Of a stretch of 64,000 bases of DNA, positions 52,481-64,000 are shown piece by piece. Position 1 is the first letter of the stretch. The number at the start of each line of letters is the position of its first letter. The notes under the pieces were generated by a model, which worked only from the letters and a program-made list of their open reading frames with translations, was not told the DNA's origin and ran no database searches. The DNA lies in the NCBI GenBank assembly GCA_964016885.1, contig OZ024741.1, positions 244,280,001-244,344,000 of the forward strand. Direction: 5' to 3'. Origin of the DNA: Eledone cirrhosa (Eukaryota). A program made the position numbers and the translations under genes.

Positions 52481-55341
52481 TTTTTTTTTAAATTATCTCC
52501 CCTTGGACGGCTGGAAATTATCTCCCCTTGGACGGCTAGAAATTATCTCCCCTTGTACGGCTAGAAATTACCTCTCCTTGGACGGCTGAAAATTATCTCC
52601 CCTTGGACGGCTGGAAATTATCTCCCCTTGAATTTTTTTAAAAATTATCTCCCGCTGATTTTTTTTTACACATTATCTCCCCCTGATTTTTTTCACAAAT
52701 TATCACCCCCTGATTTTTTTTTACAAATTATCTCCCCCTGATTATTTTTTACAAATTATCTCCCCCTGATTTTTTTACAAATTATCTCCCCTTGGCTGGC
52801 TGGAAATTATCTCCCCTTGGAGGCTGGAATTTATCTCCCCTTGGACGGCTGGAAATTATCTCCCCTTGGACAGCTAGAAATTATCTCCCCTTGGACGCTG
52901 GAAATTATAGCCCCTTGGAGGGCTAGAAATTATCTTCCCTTGGACGGCTGGAAATTATCTCCCCTTGATTTTTTTTACAAATTATCTCCCAGTGATTTTT
53001 TTTAAAAAATTATCTCCCCTTCGCTGGCTGGAAATTATCTCCCCTTGGACGCTGGAAATTATAGCCCCTTGGAGGGCTGGAAATTATCTTCCCTTGGACG
53101 GCTGGAAATTATCTCCCCTTAATTTTTTTTACAAATTATCTCCCCCTGATTTTTTTTTACAAATTATCTCCCCCTGATTTTTTTTTAACAAATTATCTCC
53201 CCTTGGACGACTGGAATTTATCTCCCCTTGGACGGCTGGAAATTATCTCCCCTTGGACGGCTAGAAATTACCTGTCCTTGGACGGCTGGAAATTATCTCC
53301 CCTTGAACGGCTGGAAATTATCTCCCCTTGGACGGCTGGAAATTATCTCCCCTTGGACGGCTGGAAATTATCTCCCCTTGGACGGCTAGAAATTACCTCT
53401 CCTTGGACGGCTGGAAATTATCTCCCCTTGGACGGCTGGAAATTATTTCCCCTTGATTTTTTTTACAAATTATCTCCCCCTGATTTTTTTTACAAATCTC
53501 CCCCTAATTTAAAAAAAAATTATCTCTCCTTCGCTGGCTGGAAATTATCTCCCTTTGGACGGCTGGAAATTATAGCCGCTTGTAGGGCTGGATATTATCT
53601 CCCCTTGGACGGCTGGAAATTATCTCCCCTTGATTTTTTTTACTAATTATCTACGCCTGATTTTTTTAAAAAATTATCTCCCCTTGGCTGGATGGAAATT
53701 TTCTCCCCTTGGACGGCTGGAAATTATCTCCCCTTGATGTCTTCTACAAATTATCTACCCCTGATTTTATTTTCACAAATATCTCCCCTTGGCTGGCTGG
53801 AAATTATCTCCCCTTGGCTGGCTGGAAATTATCTCCCCTTGGACGGCTGGAAATTATCTCCCCTTGGCAGCCTAGAAATTACCTCTCCTTGGACAGCTGT
53901 AAATTATCTCCCCTTGGACGGCTGGAAACTATCTCGCCTTGGACGGCTGGAAATTATCTCCCCTTGATTTTGTATACAAATTATCTCCCACTGATTTTTT
54001 TTTACAAATTATCTCCCCCTGATTTTTTTTTTACAAATTATCTCCGCCTGATTTTTTTTTTAAATTATCTCCCCTTGGACGGCTGGAAATTATCTCCCCT
54101 TGATTTTTTTTACAAATTATCTCCCCCTGATTTTTTTTTACAAATTATCTCCCCCTGATTTTTTTTACAAATTATCACCCCGTGATTTTTTTTTACAAAT
54201 TATCTCCCCCTGATTTTTTTTTACAAATTTTCTCCCCCTGATTTTTTTACAAATTATCTCCCCTTGGCTGGCTGGAAATTATCTCCCCTTGGACGCCTGG
54301 AAATTATCTCCCCTTGGACAGCTAGAAATTACCTCTCCTTGGACGGCTGGAAATTATCTCCCCTTGGACGGCTAGAAATTACCTCTCCTTGGACGGCTGA
54401 AAATTATCTCCCCTTGGACGGCTGCAAATTATCTCCCCTTGATTTTTTTTACAAATTATCTCCCCCTGATTTTTTTTTACAAATTATCTACCCTTGATTT
54501 TTTTACAAATTATCTCCCCCTGATTTTTTTTTACAAATTATCTACCCCTGATTTTTTTTACAAATTATCTCCCCCTGATTTATTTTTACAAATTATCTCC
54601 CCCTGATTTTATTTTACAAATTATCTCCCCCTGATTTTTTTTACAATCTCCGCCTGATTTTTTTAAAAATTATCTTCCCTTTGGCTGGCGGGAAATTATC
54701 TCCCCTTGGACGGCTGGAAATTATCTCCCCTTGGAAGGATGGAAATTATCTCCCCTTGGACGGCTGGAAATTATCTCCCCTTGCACGGCTGGAAATTATC
54801 TCCCCTTGGACGGCTAGAAATTACCTCTCCTTGGACGGCTGAAAATTATCTCCCCTTGGAAGGATGGAAATTATCTCCCCTTGGACAGCTGGAAATTATC
54901 TACCCTTGATTTTGTTTTTACAAATTATCTCCCCCTGATTTTTTTTACAAATTATCTCCACCTGATTTTTTAAAAAATTATCTCCCCTTGGACGGCTGGA
55001 AATTATCTCCCCTTGGCTGGAAATTATCTCCCCTTGGACGGCTAGAAATTATCTCTCTTTGGACGGCTGGAAATTATCTCCCTTTGATTTTTTTTACAAA
55101 TTATCTCCCTCTGATTTTTTTTACAAATCTCCCCCTGATTTTTTTTTAAAAATTATCTCCCCTTTGCTGGCTGGAAATTATCTCCCCTTGGACACTGGAA
55201 ATTATAGCCCCTTGGAGGGCTGGAAATTATCTTCTCTTGGACGGCTGGAAATTATCTCCCCTTGGTTTTTTTTACAAATTATCTCCCCCTGATTTTTTTT
55301 TACAAATTATCTCCCCCTGATTTTTTTTTTACAAATTATCT
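52481..55341. repeat. SatB minisatellite block 2 (truncated by the assembly gap)
   Basis: It has the same core, tails, orientation and rare variants as block 1. Confidence 0.97.
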
Positions 55342-55541
55342 NNNNNNNNNNNNNNNNNNNNNNNNNNNNNNNNNNNNNNNNNNNNNNNNNNNNNNNNNNN
55401 NNNNNNNNNNNNNNNNNNNNNNNNNNNNNNNNNNNNNNNNNNNNNNNNNNNNNNNNNNNNNNNNNNNNNNNNNNNNNNNNNNNNNNNNNNNNNNNNNNNN
55501 NNNNNNNNNNNNNNNNNNNNNNNNNNNNNNNNNNNNNNNNN
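55342..55541. other. Assembly gap (200 N; probably a fixed-length scaffolding spacer of unknown true size)
   Basis: A run of exactly 200 N, with a different repeat family on each side. Confidence 0.97.
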
Positions 55542-58500
55542 TATTTGGGTGCCCCGTTTTTTATTTGGGTACCCCGTTTTTTATTTGGGTGCCCCGTTTT
55601 TTATTTGGGTACCCCGTTTTTTTATGGGGGGGTCCGTTTTTTATTTGGGTGCCCCGTTTTTCTATGGGGGGTCCGTTTTTTATCTGGGTACCCCGTTTTT
55701 TATTTGGGTACCCCGTTTTTTATTTGGGTGCCCCGTTTTTTTATGGGGGGGGTCCGTTTTTTATTTGGGTGCCCCGTTTTTTATTTGGGTGTCCCGTTTT
55801 TTTATGGGGGGGGGTCCGTTTTTTATTTGGATACCCCGTTTTTTATTTGGGTGCCCCGTTTTATTATGGGGGGGTCCGTTTTTTATTTGGATACCCCGTT
55901 TTTTATTTGGGTGCTCCGTTCTTTTATGGGGGGGTCCGTTTTTTATTTGGGTGCCCCGTTTTTTTATGGGGGGGGGTCCGTTTTTTATTTCGGTGCCCCG
56001 TTTTTTTATAGGGGGGTCCGTTTTTTATTTGGGTGCCCCGTTTTTTATTTGGGTGCCCCGTTTTTTTATGGGGGGGGGTCCGTTTTTTATTTGGGTACCC
56101 CGTTTTTTATTTGGGTGCCCCGTTTTTTTATGGGGGGGTCCGTTTTTTATTTGGGTGCCCCGTTTTTTTATGGGGGGGTCCGTTTTTTATTTGGGTGCCC
56201 CGTTTTTTTATGGGGGGGGTCCGTTTTTTATTTGGGTACCCCGTTTTTTATTTGCGTGCCCCGTTTTTTTATGGGGGGGTCCGTTTTTTATTTGGGTGCC
56301 CCGTTTTTTTATGGGGGGGTCCGTTTTTTATCTGGGTACCCCGTTTTTTATTTGGGTACCCCGTTTTTTATTTGGGTGCCCCGTTTTTTTATGGGGGGGG
56401 TCCGTTTTTTATTTGGGTGCCCCGTTTTTTATTTGGGTGTCCCGTTTTTTTATGGGGGGGCCGTTTTTTATTTGGGTACCCCGTTTTTTTATGGGGGGGC
56501 CGTTTTTTATTTGGGTACCCCGTTTTTTATTTGGGTGCCCCGTTTTTTTATGGGGGGGGTCCGTTTTTTATTTGGGTGCCCCGTTTTTTTATGGGGGGGA
56601 TCCGTTTTTTATTTGGGTGCCCCGTTTTATATTTGGGTGCCCCGTTTTTTATTTGGGTGCCCCGTTTTTTTATGGGGGGGGTCCGTTTTTTATCTGGGTA
56701 CCCCGTTTCTTATTTGGGTACCCCGTTTTTTATTTGGGTGCCCCGTTTTTTTATGGGGGGGGTCCGTTTTTTATTTGGGTGCCCCGTTTTTTTTATGGGG
56801 GGGTCCGTTTTTTATTTGGGGACCCCGTTTTTTATTTGGGTGCCCCGTTTTTTTATGGGGGGGGTCCGTTTTTTATCTGGGTACCCCGTTTTTTATTTGG
56901 GTACCCCGTTTTCTATTTGGGTGCCCCGTTTTTTTATGGGGGGGGGGTCCGTTTTTTATTTGGGTGCCCCGTTTTTTTTATGGGGAGGTCCGTTTTTTAT
57001 TTGGGTACCCCGTTTTTTATTTGGGTGCCCCGTTTTTTATGGGGGGGTACCGTTTTTTATTTGGGTGCCCCGTTTTTTTATGGGGGGGTCCGTTTTTTAT
57101 CTGGGTACCCCGTTTTTTATTTGGGTACCCCGTTTTCTATTTGGGTGCCCCGTTTTTTTATGGGGGGGGTCCGTTTTTTATTTGGGTGCCCCGTTTTTTT
57201 TATGGGGAGGTCCGTTTTTTATTTGGGTACCCCGTTTTTTATCTGGGTACCCCGTTTTTTATTTGGGCACGCCGTTTTTTATTTGGGTGCCCCGTTTTTT
57301 TATGTGGGGGGTCCGTTTTTTATTTGGGGGGGTCCGTTTTTTATTTGGGTGCCCCGTTTTTTATTTGGGTACCCCGTTTTTTATTTGGGTGCCCCGTTTT
57401 TTATTTGGGTACCCCGTTTTTTTATGGGGGGGTCCGTTTTTTATTTGGGTGCCCCGTTTTTCTATGGGGGGTCCGTTTTTTATCTGGGTACCCCGTTTTT
57501 TATTTGGGTACCCCGTTTTTTATTTGGGTGCCCCGTTTTTTTATGGGGGGGGGTCCGTTTTTTATTTGGGTGCCCCGTTTTTTATTTGGGTGTCCCGTTT
57601 TTTTATGGGGGGGGGTCCGTTTTTTATTTGGATACCCCGTTTTTTATTTGGGTGCCCCGTTTTATTATGGGGGGTCCGTTTTTTATTTGGATACCCCGTT
57701 TTTTATTTGGGTGCTCCGTTCTTTTATGGGGGGGTCCGTTTTTTATTTGGGTGCCCCGTTTTTTTATGGGGGGGGGGTCCGTTTTTTATTTGGATACCCC
57801 GTTTTTTATTTGGGTGCCCCGTTTTATTATGGGGGGGTCCGTTTTTTATTTGGATACCCCGTTTTTTATTTGGGTGCTCCGTTCTTTTATGGGGGGTCCG
57901 TTTTTTATTCGGGTGCCTCGTTTTTTTATGGGGGGGGCTCCGTTTTTTATTTGGGTGCCCCGTTTTTTTATGGGGGGGGTCCGTTATTTATTTGGATACC
58001 CCGTTTTTTATTTGGGTGCCCCGTTTTTTTATGGGGGGGTCCGTTTTTTATTTGGGTGCCCCGTTTTTTTATGGGGGGGTCCGTTTTTTATTTGGGTACC
58101 CCGTTTTTTATTTGGGTGCCCCGTTTTTTTATGGGGGGGGGGTCCGTTTTTTATTTGGGTGCCCCGTTTTTTTATGGGGGGGGTCCGTTTTTTATTTGGG
58201 TGCCCCGTTTTTTATTTGGGTACCCCGTTTTTTATTTGGGTGCCCCGTTTTTTATTTGGGTGCCCCGTTTTTTTATGGGGGGTCCGTTTTTTATTTGGGT
58301 GCCCCGTTATTTATTTGGGTACCCCGTTTTTTATTTGGGTGCCCCGTTTTTTTATGGGGGGGGGTCCGTTTTTTATTTGGGTGCCCCGTTTTTTTATGGG
58401 GGGGTCCCGTTTTTTATTTGGGTGCCCCGTTTTTTTATCGGGGGGTCCGTTTTTTATTTGGGTACCCCGTTTTTTATTTGGGTGCCCCGTTTTTTATGGG

Positions 58501-61500
58501 GGGGGTCCGTTTTTTATTTGGGTGCCCCGTTTTTTTATGGGGGGGGTCCGTTTTTTATTTGGGTGCCCCGTTTTTTATTTGGGTGCCCCGTTTTTTTATG
58601 GGGGGGATCCGTTTTTTATTTGGGTGCCCCGTTTTTTTATGGGGGGGTCCCGTTTTTTATTTGGGTGCCCCGTTTTTTTATGGGGGGGTCCGTTTTTTAT
58701 TTGGGTACCCCGTTTTTTATTTGTGTGCCCCGTTTTTTTATGGGGGGGTCCGTTTTTTATTTGGGTGCCCGGTTTTTTTATGGGGGGGGTCCGTTTTTTA
58801 TTTGGGTGCCCCGTTTTTTTATGGGGGGGTCCCGTTTTTTTATGGGGGGGTCCGTTTTTTATCTGGGTACCCCGTTTTTTATTTGGGTACCCCGTTTTTT
58901 ATTTGGGTGCCCCGTTTTTTTATGGGGGGGGGTCCGTTTTTTATTTGGGTGCCCCGTTTTTTATTTGGGTGTCCCGTTTTTTTATGGGGGGGGGTCCGTT
59001 TTTTATTTGGATACCCCGTTTTTTATTTGGGTGCCCCGTTTTATTATGGGGGGTCCGTTTTTTATTTGGATACCCCGTTTTTTATTTGGGTGCTCCGTTC
59101 TTTTATGGGGGGGTCCGTTTTTTATTTGGGTGCCCCGTTTTTTTATGGGGGGGGGTCCGTTTTTTATTTGGATACCCCGTTTTTTATTTGGGTGCCCCGT
59201 TTTATTATGGGGGGGTCCGTTTTTTATTTGGATACCCCGTTTTTTATTTGGGTGCTCCGTTCTTTTATGGGGGGTCCGTTTTTTATTCGGGTGCCTCGTT
59301 TTTTTATGGGGGGGGCTCCGTTTTTTATTTGGGTGCCCCGTTTTTTTATGGGGGGGGTCCGTTATTTATTTGGATACCCCGTTTTTTATTTGGGTGCCCC
59401 GTTTTTTTATGGGGGGGTCCGTTTTTTATTTGGGTGCCCCGTTTTTTTATGGGGGGGTCCGTTTTTTATTTGGGTACCCCGTTTTTTATTTGGGTGCCCC
59501 GTTTTTTTATGGGGGGGGGTCCGTTTTTTATTTGGGTGCCCCGTTTTTTTATGGGGGGGGTCCGTTTTTTATTTGGGTGCCCCGTTTTTTATTTGGGTAC
59601 CCCGTTTTTTATTTGGGTGCCCCGTTTTTTATTTGGGTGCCCCGTTTTTTTATGGGGGGTCCGTTTTTTATTTGGGTGCCCCGTTATTTATTTGGGTACC
59701 CCGTTTTTTATTTGGGTGCCCCGTTTTTTTATGGGGGGGGGTCCGTTTTTTATTTGGGTGCCCCGTTTTTTTATGGGGGGGTCCCGTTTTTTATTTGGGT
59801 GCCCCGTTTTTTTATGGGGGGGTCCGTTTTTTATTTGGGTACCCCGTTTTTTATTTGGGTGCCCCGTTTTTTTATGGGGGGGGTCCGTTTTTTATTTGGG
59901 TGCCCCGTTTTTTTATGGGGGGGGTCCGTTTTTTATTTGGGTGCCCCGTTTTTTATTTGGGTGCCCCGTTTTTTTATGGGGGGGATCCGTTTTTTATTTG
60001 GGTGCCCCGTTTTTTTATGGGGGGGTCCCGTTTTTTATTTGGGTGCCCCGTTTTTTTATGGGGGGGTCCGTTTTTTATTTGGGTACCCCGTTTTTTATTT
60101 GTGTGCCCCGTTTTTTTATGGGGGGGTCCGTTTTTTATTTGGGTGCCCGGTTTTTTTATGGGGGGGGTCCGTTTTTTATTTGGGTGCCCCGTTTTTTTAT
60201 GGGGGGGTCCCGTTTTTTTATGGGGGGGTCCGTTTTTTATCTGGGTACCCCGTTTTTTATTTGGGTACCCCGTTTTTTATTTGGTGCCCCGTTTTTTTAT
60301 GGGGGGGGGTCCGTTTTTTATTTGGGTGCCCCGTTTTTTTTATGGGGGGGGTCCGTTTTTTATTTGGGTGCCCCGTTTTTTATTTGGGTGCCCCGTTTTT
60401 TTATGGGGGGTCCGTTTTTTATTTGGGTGCCCCGTTTTTTATTTGGGTACCCCGTTTTTTATTTGGGTGCCCCGTTGTTTTATGGGGGGGTCCGTTTTTT
60501 ATTTGGGTGCCCCGTTTTTTTATGGGGGGGCCGTTTTTTATTTGCGTAGTCCGTTTTTTATTTGGGTGCCCCGTTTTTTTATGGGGGGTCCCGTTTTTTA
60601 TTTGGGTGCCTCGTTTTTTTATGGGGGGGGTCCGTTTTTTATTTGGGTACCCCGTTTTTTATTTGGGTGCCCCGTTTTTTTATGGGGGGGTACGTTTTTT
60701 ATTTGGGTGCCCCGTTTTTTTATGGGGGGGTCCGTTTTTTATTTGGGTGCCCCGTTTTTTTATGGGGGGTCCCGTTTTTTATTTGGGTGCCCCGTTTTTT
60801 ATGGGGGGGGTCCGTTTTTTATTTGGGTACCCCGTTTTTTATTTGGGTGCCCCGTTTTTTTATGGGGGGGTCCGTTTTTTATTTGGGTGCCCCGTTTTTT
60901 TATGGGGGGGGTCCGTTTTTTATTTGGGTACCCCGTTTTTTATTTGGGTGCCCCGTTTTTTTATGGGGGGGTCCGTTTTTTATTTGGGTGCCCCGTTTTT
61001 TTATGGGGGGGTCCGTTTTTTATTTGGGTGCCCCGTTTTTTTATGGGGGGTCCCGTTTTTTATTTGGGTGCCCCGTTTTTTATGGGGGGGGGTCCGTTTT
61101 TTATTTGGGTACCCCGTTTTTTATTTGGGTGCCCCGTTTTTTTATGGGGGGGTCCGTTTTTTATTTGGGTGCCCCGTTTTTTTATGGGGGGGGTCCGTTT
61201 TTTATTTGGGTGCCCCGTTTTTTATTTGGGTGCCCCGTTTTTTTATGGGGGGGATCCGTTTTTTATTTGGGTGCCCCGTTTTATATTTGGGTGCCCCGTT
61301 TTTTATTTGGGTGCCCCGTTTTTTTATGGGGGGGTCCGTTTTTTATCTGGGTAACCCGCTTTTTATTTGGGTACCCCGTTTTTTATTTGGGTGCCCCGTT
61401 TTTTTAGGGGGGGGGGTCCGTTTTTTATTTGGGTGCTCCGTTTTTTTTATGGGGGGGGTCCGTTTTTTATTTGGGTACCCCGTTTTTTATTTGGGTGCCC

Positions 61501-64000
61501 CGTTTTTTTATGGGGGGGTCCGTTTTTTATTTGGGTGCCCCGTTTTTTTATGGGGGGACCGTTTTTTATCTGGGTACCCCGTTTTTTATTTGGGTACCCC
61601 GTTTTTTTATGGGGGGGTCCTTTTTTTATTTGGGTGCCCCGTTTTTTTATGGCGGGGTCCCGTTTTTTATTTGGGTGCCCCGTTTTTTTATGGGGGGGTC
61701 CCGTTTTTTATTTGGGTGCCCCGTTTTTTTATGGGGGGGTCCGTTTTTTATTTGGGTACCCCGTTTTTTATTTGGGTGCCCCGTTTTTTTATGGGGGGGG
61801 TCCGTTTTTTATTTGGGTGCCCCGTTTTTTTATGGGGGGGGTCCGTTTTTTATTTGGGTGCCCCGTTTTTTTATGGGGGGGTCCCGTTTTTTATTTGGGT
61901 GCCCCGTTTTTTTATGGGGGGGGGTCCGTTTTTTATTTGGGTGCCCCGTTTTTTATTTGGGTACCCCGTTTTTTATTTGGGTGCCCCGTTTTTTTATGGG
62001 GGGGTCCTGTTTTTTATTTGGGTGCCCCGTTTTTTTTATGGGGGGGGCCGTTTTTTATTTGGGTGCCCCGTTTTTTATTTGGGTACCCCGTTTTTTATTT
62101 GGGTGCCCCGTTTTTTTATGGGGGGGTCCGTTTTCTATTTGGGTGCCCCGTTTTTTTATGGGGGGGGCCGTTTTTTATTTGGGTACCCCGTTTTTTATTT
62201 GGGTGCCCCGTTTTTCTATGGGGGGGTCCGTTTTTTATTTGGGTGCCCCGTTTTTTTATGGGGGGGTCCGTTTTTTATTTGGGTGCCCCGTTTTTTTATG
62301 GGGGGGGTCCGTTTTTTATTTGGGTGCCCCGTTTTTTATTTGGGTGCCCCGTTTTTTTATGGGGGGTCCCGTTTTTTATTTGGGTGCCCCGTTTTTTATG
62401 GGGGGGTCCGTTTTTTATTTGGGTACCCCGTTTTTTATTTGGGTGCCCCGTTTTTTTATGGGGGGGTCCGTTTTTTATTTGGGTGCCCCGTTTTTTTATG
62501 GGGGGGGTCCGTTTTTTATTTGGGTGCCCCGTTTTTTTATGGGGGGTCCCGTTTTTTATTTGGGTGCCCCGTTTTTTATGGGGGGGGTCCGTTTTTTATT
62601 TGGGTACCCCGTTTTTTATTTGGGTGCCCCGTTTTTTTATGGGGGGGTCCGTTTTTTATTTGGGTGCCCCGTTTTTTTATGGGGGGGTCCGTTTTTTATT
62701 TGGGTGCCCCGTTTTTTATTTGGGTGCCCCGTTTTTTTATGGGGGGGATCCGTTTTTTATTTGGGTGCCCCGTTTTATATTTGGGTGCCCCGTTTTTTAT
62801 TTGGGTGCCCCGTTTTTTTATGGGGGGGTCCGTTTTTTATCTGGGTAACCCGCTTTTTATTTGGGTACCCCGTTTTTTATTTGGGGTGCCCCGTTTTTTT
62901 AGGGGGGGGGTCCGTTTTTTATTTGGGTGCTCCGTTTTTTTATGGGGGGGGGTCCGTTTTTTATTTGGGTACCCCGTTTTTTATTTGGGTGCCCCGTTTT
63001 TTTATGGGGGGGTCCGTTTTTTATTTGGGTGCCCCGTTTTTTTATGGGGGGACCGTTTTTTATCTGGGTACCCCGTTTTTTATTTGGGTACCCCGTTTTT
63101 TTATGGGGGGGTCCTTTTTTTATTTGGGTGCCCCGTTTTTTTATGGCGGGGTCCCGTTTTTTATTTGGGTGCCCCGTTTTTTTATGGGGGGGTCCCGTTT
63201 TTTATTTGGGTGCCCCGTTTTTTTATGGGGGGGGTCCGTTTTTTATTTGGGTACCCCGTTTTTTATTTGGGTGCCCCGTTTTTTTATGGGGGGGGTCCGT
63301 TTTTTATTTGGGTGCCCCGTTTTTTTATGGGGGGGGGTCCGTTTTTTATTTGGGTGCCCCGTTTTTTTATGGGGGGGTCCCGTTTTTTATTTGGGTGCCC
63401 CGTTTTTTTATGGGGGGGTCCGTTTTTGATTTGGGTGCCCCGTTTTTTATTTGGGTACCCCGTTTTTTATTTGGGTGCCCCGTTTTTTTATGGGGGGGTC
63501 CTGTTTTTTATTTGGGTGCCCCGTTTTTTTTATGGGGGGGGCCGTTTTTTATTTGGGTGCCCCGTTTTTTATTTGGGTACCCCGTTTTTTATTTGGGTGC
63601 CCCGTTTTTTTATGGGGGGGATCCGTTTTTTATTTGGGTGCCCCGTTTTATATTTGGGTGCCCCGTTTTTTATTTGGGTGCCCCGTTTTTTTATGGGGGG
63701 GTCCGTTTTTTATCTGGGTAACCCGCTTTTTATTTGGGTAGCCCGTTTTTTATTTGGGTGCCCCGTTTTTTTAGGGGGGGGGTCCGTTTTTTATTTGGGT
63801 GCCCCGTTTTTTTTATGGGGGGGGGTCCGTTTTTTATTTGGGTACCCCGTTTTTTATTTGGGTGCCCCGTTTTTTTATGGGGGGGTCCGTTTTTTATTTG
63901 GGTGCCCCGTTTTTTTATGGGGGGACCGTTTTTTATTTGGGTAGTCCGTTTTTTATTTGGGTGCCCCGTTTTTTTATGGGGGGTCCCGTTTTTTATTTGG
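55542..64000. repeat. SatC ~20-bp satellite with units TTTTTTATTTGGGTGCCCCG, TTTTTTATTTGGGTACCCCG and TTTTTTTATG(6-10)TCCG, running off the right edge
   Basis: A continuous ~20-bp period with invariant CCGTTTTTT(T)AT over 8.46 kb, roughly 420 units. The + strand is strongly T/G-rich and A-poor. Confidence 0.97.

Noticed and set aside
31157-55292. ORFs with LEIISPWTAGNYLPLDGWKLSPLGR repeats
   Set aside because: These are three-frame translations of the 25-bp SatB unit, with frameshifts at the variable T-tracts.
55321-55560. SatB-SatC junction as a biological boundary, and the ORF 55262-56011 spanning it
   Set aside because: The two repeats are separated by a 200-N scaffold gap, so true distance, adjacency and orientation are unverified.
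55545-63944. Very long ORFs (2799, 1773 and 1666 aa) of F/G/P/V/Y/W repeats
   Set aside because: All three + frames are open and give the same peptide words. The 20-bp A-poor unit lacks stop codons, and homopolymer lengths vary without preserving frame. This is a repeat artefact.

Overview
The window is all eukaryotic-type tandem-repeat (satellite) DNA, and I find no credible gene, RNA gene, CRISPR array or intact transposon. From left to right it holds: SatA array 1 (196-bp CpG-rich monomer with higher-order repeats, 1-30574); SatB block 1 (~25-bp two-state minisatellite, 30575-40917); SatA array 2 (40918-52480, with monomers carrying a 70-101 bp foreign cassette); SatB block 2 (52481-55341); a 200-N scaffold gap; and SatC (~20-bp T-tract/G-tract repeat, 55542-64000). 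The most notable feature is that the same SatA->SatB junction (~530 bp, slightly diverged) occurs twice, 21.9 kb apart. This suggests the two unrelated satellites are amplified together as one composite macro-unit. Other points are nested 9-15-mer HORs, a near-identical ~6-kb duplication, dense dyad symmetry in SatA, microhomology junctions, and a 'constant core + alternative tail' grammar in SatB and SatC. All ORFs in the track look like repeat artefacts. The organism and any centromeric or telomeric role cannot be determined from sequence alone. SatA, SatB and SatC are my working labels, and all comparisons were made by eye.
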